In this document: positions 29,201-37,100 of the stretch, one piece after another
Numbering within the stretch: position 1 is the stretch's first letter
Layout of the letters: every line of letters begins with the position of its first letter
From: a virus
Lineage: Duplodnaviria > Heunggongvirae > Uroviricota > Caudoviricetes
Direction: 5' to 3' (one strand)
Length of the DNA stretch: 48,908 nt
Virus record (IMG/VR): IMGVR_UViG_3300028454_000679
The notes under the pieces: model-generated
What the model was told of the DNA's origin: nothing
Databases searched by the model: none
What the model saw: only the letters and a program-made list of their open reading frames with translations
Position numbers and translations under genes: made by a program

Positions 29201-30114
29201 GCTTTGAAGATTTCCTGGAGTTTCCCTAATGCATACTTTTTATCCACATTAGAGAAAAACTCCATATCGAAGAACACTATAACACCCTGATTGTCCTCCC
29301 AACTAAGCTGTGCGGTAACAATTCTGTCCTTGTCAGCTGTGTTACGTATCTTAAGACCACTGGTCTCCGTATCGAATCCAACTATAACTGGATTCTCTCG
29401 TGTTGCCTTTTCTAAAGTTGAAACAAGTGGTTTTAAAAGATACTGGTTAAAATCAGTGATAGATTCTATTGCACGATAGTCCTTTAGCTTCACGCCATCC
29501 CTACTGTACCAAGACATATCAGAGGTAGCGTAAAGGTCTGACATACGAATAGCTCCAACTGTCAATTCTGAAACACGATTGCTAATAAGTGCAGATACTT
29601 CAGAAAGTGCTACCTTTGGTAGTTTAATCTTTGAAGTAGTTGGCTCCAAAGTTATTGAAAAGTCCTTAATCTGTATTTTCATAGATTCCAACATAGAATT
29701 TACGTAAGAATACTTTACACGGACATCTTGACTAACTGCTTCGAAAACCTGTCTGTCACTATCCCCAATGCATATTTGCTTATCCTGAACAATCTCATCC
29801 TCAGTAAATGGTAATCCTCTTACAGTAGAAAAGACTCTTAGAATTGTTTCGATAACAGAACTACCATATTTTGTATCGGGGACTTTCTTTCCCTGTACAT
29901 AAATCTCCTCAATACACGTGTCGATATCATCCCGCTTAAAATCAGCAGGGTACACCACTGGATTATGCAATGGTTGGATACCATTTTTCATTCGGTCAAT
30001 GTCCTCTGCATTGTACAGATTAGCAAGAACGTAGACTACCTTATTTGAGTAAGACATGACACACATTGTGTATTGCTTATCACTTACTGTACATCTACCA
30101 ATACAAGTTAGCAT
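26248..30114 (-). CDS. polA: Family A DNA polymerase with 3'-5' exonuclease and long N- and C-terminal extensions (1288 aa)
   Basis: Exo I GFDTETSG, Exo II GHNIMFD, Exo III YGCADSD; motif A DFDMSQAEYR, motif B RKKTKCLGFGIPYG, AAGNYGIQSFAAE, motif C LIHDELL. Confidence 0.92.
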   Translation of the reverse strand: MLTCIGRCTVSDKQYTMCVMSYSNKVVYVLANLYNAEDIDRMKNGIQPLHNPVVYPADFKRDDIDTCIEEIYVQGKKVPDTKYGSSVIETILRVFSTVRGLPFTEDEIVQDKQICIGDSDRQVFEAVSQDVRVKYSYVNSMLESMKIQIKDFSITLEPTTSKIKLPKVALSEVSALISNRVSELTVGAIRMSDLYATSDMSWYSRDGVKLKDYRAIESITDFNQYLLKPLVSTLEKATRENPVIVGFDTETSGLKIRNTADKDRIVTAQLSWEDNQGVIVFFDMEFFSNVDKKYALGKLQEIFKADAMGIEIDGEYHFLDRKAYLLTGHNIMFDGKVFYSEGFPIYVDCDSLQMAFCLDPKQVRGNNKLKTLTRRFYGHETPELEDILGKGNADKFRMLVDKEVACVYGCADSDYARQIYLSLKNLMGPDLYNMYMKQDSLLENVLPVSEYYGMTADVDNVRLLGEEVKGNIDILVNFVKSYVGAIYDLQSKVFKLENFHNIGDLSDEDYEKGLNSITVNNDAFYDFKFTPANLSHIIYDVLHYKKFAFSEKDPTKPKLDKYVLKKMAAVPKSPNSKVRGITHDLLTYGTTREEYNALLESNPKEAKSHVLISKEDFNSREYPISIILQKYSELNKEYTAYYKPILEDNSEGRLFKNYNMARIETRRIANPGQTMKGKLKKFIKPYNDDYYLLDFDMSQAEYRVMVSLAGYTELIERMRDPEKDYHTETASEVHGIPAYKVTKDIRKKTKCLGFGIPYGLGRLALCEAMFGVVNDYTLAETDKMLAKWKAGNAPVMDLLNSARDNALQEWNISTELRNYIGAWEKEMVMNDKGKLVVKKDNLGLPVYKLDQHGNKIPSRVSRVQSAYGFYRVFDLSKVGMTEEDKQRRANGRYFGAEATIRRAAGNYGIQSFAAELFRLILMRFYKGCEERGYHHGDKVIWHMLIHDELLCSVHKSIHPFEIYKIAKEACMITMKNHTNYFIGINIGDSWGECKDDANEAPVLMVQDIVHRYDAGEFSLENTPDEFKQDGHFWFDHPMDFIKPYMKQFHLERIHQVVAGIQPDVDSAPLQPQRIIDAFDNYTVRAYVADYPKYFKVNKEDFLLSHKTTGEPVYDEDAFSNAEWFASLLTWSELYYGHVKDYVDKDGTVLTPVKSTSNTVQKSAIFTPALFSDYGEFEDATTEDDSLDGILEDIIDDDIGFYLSDEDTYEEPIKEEIYSPKHVAIRQNQLFISIRNRSQLMAARQYLEPYKGATGYLCKFKIATTLVNGGFINKNIPIEDLDKYIDSLG

Positions 30115-30854
30115 TTAATCCTCTCCTTGTAATCAACATCATACTCACCACGCTTGAATGTTCTGACAGGAACTCGTAAAACAACACCTCTGTCTTTATC
30201 TATAAGTTCTAAGTCGTAATTAACATCATCACTGGTTGAGAAAATTAACTTATTAAATGACCTACTTCTAAGAGTGACTTTGATATCATGTTCTCTCTGT
30301 AGTTGGCTCAACGCAGCCTTAGCTGTATACTTCATAATTTTATTTAGTTCCTCATGTATATCACACAGAACCTCACGAAGTATATCTGAAGGAGCCTTAT
30401 CCTTACTACAGAACTTACTTAAGTATGCCATGACACACGGTAGGTCATCCCTAAAGATAATGTCAAACCTAGAAAAGTCATCCTTGTCTGTGTACATAGA
30501 TGTTAAGCAGTGAGAAATATAAGAGTATTCCCGAATACTTCTGATACGTGCTGGATCCTCTCCAGACTTAATTGCTAGCAACTCTGCCAGACAATCACTA
30601 AAATCAATAATAGCGACTTTAGACCCTGTTGATACTCCCAGTCCCATCTCCTCTTGAATAAAAAGATTGTCCTGCATATTAGGTCCGAAGCTAAGATACT
30701 CTCTTTCCACAGGGAGTAATGTCACATCAACAAAATCATCAGCATTTGGAACATATTTAAATCCACGTGACATAATCTGATTTAGCATACGATTTGAATC
30801 CGCACTGAAACGTCGCGATTCATATAAAACTATCTGTAAACTTGGATAATTCAT
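30108..30854 (-). CDS. Probable inactive family A polymerase palm fragment (248 aa)
   Basis: YLSFGPNMQ resembles RLSSSDPNLQ, followed by GSKVAIIDFSDCLAELLAIKSGED resembling motif A; motif C HDE is replaced by SFNKLIF. By-eye alignment only. Confidence 0.4.
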   Translation of the reverse strand: MNYPSLQIVLYESRRFSADSNRMLNQIMSRGFKYVPNADDFVDVTLLPVEREYLSFGPNMQDNLFIQEEMGLGVSTGSKVAIIDFSDCLAELLAIKSGEDPARIRSIREYSYISHCLTSMYTDKDDFSRFDIIFRDDLPCVMAYLSKFCSKDKAPSDILREVLCDIHEELNKIMKYTAKAALSQLQREHDIKVTLRSRSFNKLIFSTSDDVNYDLELIDKDRGVVLRVPVRTFKRGEYDVDYKERIKC

Positions 30855-31023
30855 CTTGTACTTCCTCTTGCAAAGAGCTTACACTCTGAAGACTGTAAGC
30901 TCTATTTGTTTTAAGATCAAACAACTTATCTTCACTTATACCTTTCGGTAACTCAGATGGTTCTGTACAAATACAAACAGACCTGACAGAGCCATCTGAG
31001 TAAACAACTTTCATTTCTTTCAT
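30820..31023 (-). CDS. Small hypothetical protein (67 aa)
   Basis: Start refined to MKEMKVV (SD AGGGG). Confidence 0.6.
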   Translation of the reverse strand: MKEMKVVYSDGSVRSVCICTEPSELPKGISEDKLFDLKTNRAYSLQSVSSLQEEVQDELSKFTDSFI

Positions 31024-31033
31024 TACAATACCC

Positions 31034-33286
31034 CTAAAGGCCAATAACATCTGCAGGCGTCATATCCATATAAGCGGATTTTAACTCACGTGAGTAACTG
31101 ACTAAACGCCCTGTTCTGTGAACATACATGCCCTTAATTTTTATAAATTTGAAACCATCGAAGGCATATCCCTGTACAAACATAAGCACTTTATGGTCAA
31201 AGTACTCCTGTATAGCAGGGTCTAATTCCTGTGAACCACCAACACTCATCATAAGGTGGTCACTCAAAGTGATTAAATCCTCAGGCAGGTAAGCCATAGG
31301 TTCTAACACATCACCCAAAAGGCATCGGAAGATATTAACAGACTTAAACACATAACTTCCACTAAGTGCTTTTGTACTGTAATTATTACCAGCAACCTCA
31401 AGTAAAGAGTTTAGGTATACTTTACCAAACTTGCCCTCAGACTGTATTCTGCACTCTGCACACAAACTCTGATACTGCTTGAAGATTACATAACTGTATC
31501 TCAGATAAGACAACGTGTTGTAAAGCACTGTCTGCTTAGACACTTTCTCATTTGTAGCAATAGCATCCATAATATCATGTAGATACTCTTTGTAATCTGG
31601 TCTATCTTGACTCTCCTCTGGACTCACTTCAAAAAGTGCTTCCAGACTCGGGTCAAACAACGCTACATTGTCCAAGATTTCTGGAACGCCACAATCATAG
31701 TAAAGTTTGCTCATACGTAAAATAAGCACTGCATAGTCAGAATTAAATGATGCCTCCGAAAGATTTTTATGCATCTCTTCAATTTCAAGTTCTATCTTAG
31801 CTCTGGTTACTTCCTGATTCGCTCCATTCACATCATTAAAAATTCCTAAGACACTCTGCTGCGTGTGATGTACAAGAACTTTATTAGAGACAGGCATAGA
31901 ACGTACTTCACTGACCTTGATATGCTGAATTGCCTGTATAATACTGATAAGGTCATTATTCTGCATAAGAGTTGAAGTAACTGCAGCTGTTGAGTGCAAA
32001 GTGTTTGTAGGGTCAGGTGATGCAGTTACATTACGTTGAATAAGGTCAAAGTCGTAAAACAATGTGTGCTTAGTCTTAATAGCATTAACCCATTCCGGTA
32101 CCTCGAAAACATCAGCAGACAAGAAGATATTATTGTTTGCCTTACAGAAGTTATAAAGAGACCTGATAGAATGTAAACCATCGTAAAGATACTGAAGGAG
32201 CATATCATTGGTTAAGCCATTATGTGTACCTTTAGAACCATCAAATAGACCAAAGCCGCTCTTGGAATCATTCGCTGCTTCGTTAGCAGGAATAGCACCC
32301 TTATAAGCATTTAGCAAATCAAGATAAGTAAAGTTAGAATCACACAGATTTACAAAATACTTGAACAAACCAAGTCTATAAGAATACTTGTTTCTTCTAG
32401 TCTCACTCTCAAATTCTTTATGTCTTTTTATAAAAGGAAAATACATTTCCCGGAATTTCATAATTTCTTCAGAATGTTTGGTATGAATGTAGATACTATA
32501 CGGGTTAGCTGTCTTGTCGAAGAACTTACTGTACAGAGTATTTATACCAATAAGGCATTTACTTATATCACAATCCAAATCAACAGAGTTCATAAGGTCT
32601 TGTTTACTTATACCGTCTGCTAATTCATCGGTAGTAAATGTCTGATTCAAAATCTTTGTGACCTTTGTAATGTCCTTAATATAAAACTCAGTGTAAGTAT
32701 TGAGAATATAAGCTGCTGGGTTACGATCATAAGTGTATGCATCCATTGAGCTTTTGCCATAGCTGAATAACTCATTGATAAAATCATCGATAACATCAGC
32801 CATAACCTCTTTTACACTATTAGTGTTTCTGAATTTATCACTCTTAAGTTCTCTCACTGTAACAGCTTCTAGCTTTTCTTTACAAATGTCCGTTTTAATA
32901 AACAATGGCAGTGCCTTTGAAACATCGTTAGCCACCAACCAATCAATGAATTCTTCAGTATCAATCTGTAACTCTGCCTTAATGATATGCTTAGCATTGG
33001 TAATGGAGTTTAGATGCTCTTTTGGTATAGGTTTTGCTAGCCAATCATAATCCTTAAGGCACTTGTTGTAGTAAGTACAAATCTGTCTACATTCTTCAAG
33101 ACCCACTGTGACTAAGTGTTCATTCGGTCTCATAGTATCACGTAATTCTTCATCAATAGTGATATCACGTATGATCTTGTAACCTGCATATGCATTGTAT
33201 TGATGCATAACATGTACACCTAGCGCAAACTGAGCTGCTCTAGGACTTATCCAATAGGATTGAATTGAACTATCCTCGTTATACAT
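31034..33286 (-). CDS. Hypothetical protein (750 aa); weak sigma region 2-like segment
   Basis: Start refined to MYNED (SD GGAGGT); DVIDDFINELF...YTYDRN...NTYTEFYIK loosely resembles sigma 2.2-2.3. Confidence 0.7.
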   Translation of the reverse strand: MYNEDSSIQSYWISPRAAQFALGVHVMHQYNAYAGYKIIRDITIDEELRDTMRPNEHLVTVGLEECRQICTYYNKCLKDYDWLAKPIPKEHLNSITNAKHIIKAELQIDTEEFIDWLVANDVSKALPLFIKTDICKEKLEAVTVRELKSDKFRNTNSVKEVMADVIDDFINELFSYGKSSMDAYTYDRNPAAYILNTYTEFYIKDITKVTKILNQTFTTDELADGISKQDLMNSVDLDCDISKCLIGINTLYSKFFDKTANPYSIYIHTKHSEEIMKFREMYFPFIKRHKEFESETRRNKYSYRLGLFKYFVNLCDSNFTYLDLLNAYKGAIPANEAANDSKSGFGLFDGSKGTHNGLTNDMLLQYLYDGLHSIRSLYNFCKANNNIFLSADVFEVPEWVNAIKTKHTLFYDFDLIQRNVTASPDPTNTLHSTAAVTSTLMQNNDLISIIQAIQHIKVSEVRSMPVSNKVLVHHTQQSVLGIFNDVNGANQEVTRAKIELEIEEMHKNLSEASFNSDYAVLILRMSKLYYDCGVPEILDNVALFDPSLEALFEVSPEESQDRPDYKEYLHDIMDAIATNEKVSKQTVLYNTLSYLRYSYVIFKQYQSLCAECRIQSEGKFGKVYLNSLLEVAGNNYSTKALSGSYVFKSVNIFRCLLGDVLEPMAYLPEDLITLSDHLMMSVGGSQELDPAIQEYFDHKVLMFVQGYAFDGFKFIKIKGMYVHRTGRLVSYSRELKSAYMDMTPADVIGL

Positions 33287-33740
33287 TCTTACCTCCAACT
33301 AAACTGAACAAACTTATCAATATCACTGCCCAAATAAAAAGTCTGATTATCAGTGGTGACTTAAAAAGAATCCAACTGATAATATTTCCACTAACTAAAA
33401 CAACAGCTGCAACACCATCCTGTGCTTTATACATAACGGTGTCTACAGCTTTAGAAGAATACCCCAAAAGAATCCTTAAATCCTTCTTATCGGATTTAGC
33501 TAAATTACATGGACCACATGCAGCTACTAGGTTGTATGCTTTGTTTCTACCTAAATGTGAATTCAATGGTATAATATGGTCCACTTGCACATCTTTTCTA
33601 AGTAGCGGTCTTTTACAGTACGCACAAAAGTACACCTTACCGAAAAGACCAGGATTCCTCTTGAAATACTCATGTCTGTAATCCAGTTTTTCTCTCTTTT
33701 TCTGACTATACGTCATCTGGGGTTGCTTCTTTTTTGTCAT
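33279..33740 (-). CDS. HNH endonuclease with C-terminal transmembrane segment(s)
   Basis: CAYC...VDHIIP...NLVAACGPCNLAKSDK (Zn-binding HNH); the C-terminus is hydrophobic (VAAVVLVSGNIISWILF, LIIRLFIWAVILISLFSLVGG). Confidence 0.85.
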   Translation of the reverse strand: MTKKKQPQMTYSQKKREKLDYRHEYFKRNPGLFGKVYFCAYCKRPLLRKDVQVDHIIPLNSHLGRNKAYNLVAACGPCNLAKSDKKDLRILLGYSSKAVDTVMYKAQDGVAAVVLVSGNIISWILFKSPLIIRLFIWAVILISLFSLVGGKNV

Positions 33741-33742
33741 AT

Positions 33743-34162
33743 CTATCCTCGGTTTCTCTTACGTAAAAACAAGACCAGTGTAACTGATAAAACAAGAATT
33801 ACCCCGACTGCACAGGCACCAACGACAAATCCACCTTTACCGCCGATACGTGCTGTAACACGAGCAACTGCATCTTGCTTTACCTTAGTTTCTGGGGACA
33901 ACTGAGGGGTTCCTACTAAATTGGTCTCCACCTCAGAGTCATGATCTATTTTATTATAATCTTGTTCATTTTCATTCTTTGTAGCTGGAATAGTCACTTT
34001 TATATCATCTTCATGCACAACGTTCTCTTTCAGAGCGTCATCAATACTTTCATACTTCTCTCCAGTCTTTGCATCCACAATAATTGTGGATGCGCTGGCA
34101 TGATTACACATTAAGAAAGCGGCGGTAAATACTACCGCCGCTGTTGTTAATACTTTCTTCAT
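33743..34162 (-). CDS. Secreted/surface protein with signal peptide and C-terminal membrane anchor (139 aa)
   Basis: Start refined to MKKVLTTAAVVFTAAFLMCNHASA (SD GAGGT); C-terminal TM followed by RKRNRG. Confidence 0.75.
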   Translation of the reverse strand: MKKVLTTAAVVFTAAFLMCNHASASTIIVDAKTGEKYESIDDALKENVVHEDDIKVTIPATKNENEQDYNKIDHDSEVETNLVGTPQLSPETKVKQDAVARVTARIGGKGGFVVGACAVGVILVLSVTLVLFLRKRNRG

Positions 34163-34172
34163 AAAATTACCT

Positions 34173-37100
34173 CTACACATCACTGAAGATATTTGAAGCA
34201 CCAATTGATATATCAAGTAAATCAGCACTTTCATTACCCTCAGTTGATTTTGTGTCTTCTGAGGGTTCCGGTTTATGAATTCCGAAATCCTCATTAGGTT
34301 CATTGTCATCTACAACATCTGAAAAGATATTGGAAATGTCTATCTGTGGTGTTACTGGTTCCACAGATGCAGGCTCTGTCACAGGTACTGGTACAACAGG
34401 TGTAGGCTCTACTACAGGTGCTGGTTTAGGTATCGGTGCAGAAGCTGGTGCTGGAGCTGAGATAGTTGCTGCTGCAACTCTGTCCTTAAAGATATTAGAA
34501 ATATCAATAGTCTTACTCTGTTTAGCAACAATAACTCTCTCAACCTTTTCCAGGCTCTTTGAAGCTTTCTTACGCCGTTCTGCAGCTGTTTCAACTAAGC
34601 GCCCTTCAAATCGTCCAACAAGATTTTTATTCACATTCTCCTTAGTATAGATATTGGAAGAAGTCATAATATTAGACAGCTGAGAATTAGAAGTATTCTG
34701 GAACGTAAGGTCCTTGTACTTCTGTGCACTGATAAGATTACCTGTCTCCTCAACACACCGCTCAAAAGTGATATACGGAATAATACCGGAACACTCTAAA
34801 GTGGTCTCCTGTTCATTTCGAGGCTCCAATACACCATTCATTTGTGCTCTTGCAAGTAATTCCAAATGCTTCTGCTGAATAGAAACACCACTGTTAATAT
34901 ATGCAACGTAATAATTAGTATACCAACGCAATGACTTCTCTAGACTAGTATCAACTTCCTCTGGCATAAACATACAGTCATCCATGTCAGTGGTTGCTGA
35001 TGCTGGCTCAAGGAACACAAGTGCACCTTTAGGTACATACTCTCCGTCCTTAAACATAACATAGCTGGTTGGCAACACCTTTGAGAAGTAGTCAGCCTCT
35101 GCACCCTCAATACTCACCGTAGACATATTGTTAAAAGTCTCAATGTGAGCAAAGCCACCAATTGGCGCACAGTGCCATGGAGAGATGGGTGGATTCTTCT
35201 TAGTGTAGACTCTACCACTCAAAAGACGTTTATACATCTCAGAGATAGGCTGACGCTGAATAACTGTGGAACCACCTGTGTTTACAAGGGAGATAACACC
35301 TTGAGATGTTGGCTCTGCAATAGTCATAGCAGAAGTAATACCTACTTCTGCTCCAACCTCAATAAGTTTATGTGTTCCGTAGTCAAGACCATAACAGTAT
35401 CTGCATACTCCCTTATGATTCTTGCAGTTCAAGAGTATACGAATTTCTGGACTATCAACATGATTATCCTCTATATACTCTAATGTCTCTTCTGTTGTAA
35501 CTTCTGCATCAGCGTTCTTAGCTTTAGCAAGACCAGGAAGATTTCTAGCCACACGTCCAAGTAAAAGTTCTCTCTGACTCTTGTGTATATTGTAAGTAAA
35601 TACAAACTCACCTGCACCGGTTTCAACCTTGTGAATCTTGTACTTCTGTAACAATTTGATCTTATCATGGTCTAAAGGTGCATCAGGGTCAAAGTTATGT
35701 AAGTACAGACGACTTGTTGCATCAGTTGGAACGTAGTCCAACTCGATAATCTTAGAAAGATCAACTACATGACCATTGAAACGTAAAACCTTAACATGAC
35801 CATCTCGATACAGTTCATAGAAGTCCTTACCGATAACATCACGTCCTGTCACAGTAAAGTAATCAGACTCCTTGTCAACCCTCTTACCAACAAGAGAGTC
35901 AATAAAGGTAAGGGTAAAGTCAATAATCTCGCCTGACTCTATCTGTACAAAGGGTAACTTACCAGAAGCAACAAGCTGCTTAACGTCTTGGTCAATAACA
36001 GTCTTTCCTGTCAGCTTGTAGTATTCCGAAGCTGTTGAAACCTTCAAACCTGTAACCAAGTTAACAGTGCTATCAGAAAGTAGCACATAAGAATTCTTCA
36101 GACTTCCCCATCTAATAGGTACAGTCCAATCAGTCTTGCCACAATCCTCGCTGTTATCATCATTATCAGTGGTTATTGTCATGCCACTCAGCATAAATAC
36201 AGACTTTCGTTCACTGTATCCTGTGTCAGGTGTTGACTTCTGTGCTGCCGCAAAGTTTATAACTGTAGACCGACTAGCCTGATGCGATTCAAATGAATTG
36301 AGTCCCTTTAAGTAATTATGCTTTATAGGTGTCTTAATAGAGCCCTTGGAATTCTTCTTAAGTGAACCCACATAGCCAGATACTTGTAAAATCTGGTCAA
36401 ACTTACCCTTAGCACCAGAATCCAAAATAATAAATAAATTACTGTTACGTTGCAACTTCTGTAAAATAGAATCTTCCACACTCTTACGATTATCACTATT
36501 TCCGCTATACAATGATAACATTGCTGCATCAAGGTCCTCTTCGGAGTTCAGACCTGCATAGTAATCCTCATAAAGTTTCTTCTCTATATCAGATGAATAC
36601 TCAGACTCTACACAAACATCATTGTAATCCCAAATGGATATTGAAATTCCAATATTATCACACCAGAAGAAGCCCTGTCTTCTTAGAACATCATAGTATT
36701 TGTAAGCGTCATTGCCAAGGGTTGAGTAAAGGTCTTCACACACATTGGAAATAGAAACACGCTTAAGTGGGTCACCCAACTTACCAGAGCTTCCAGACTT
36801 ACAAACAAGACCATCCCACTTCAATACCTTACACTCTTTCAATCCCTGCACTGTAAAGGATGGCAGACCCATGGTTCCTGTAAAGCCATCAGGGACAAAT
36901 GAGTTGAACATGATACGCCCTGCTGTGTTAACATACCCATTGTAGTTGACTAATTGCCAATGCTTGATATTCTTCATTTCTAAGTCAAAACGCAACTTAT
37001 CAAGACTACTGTAGGCTAAACAATCCTCTACACTGTAACTCGGACTATTAGTGTTGTCCTTAAACATTGTGAGTAAGTAAAGTCCAAGAATCATATCCTG

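Noticed and set aside
33279-33740. HNH as an intron-encoded or intein homing endonuclease
   Set aside because: It does not interrupt any gene and carries hydrophobic C-terminal segments.
33743-34162. Sortase (LPxTG) substrate
   Set aside because: It has the TM and basic tail, but the nearest motif is SPETK, with no LPxTG-type glycine.
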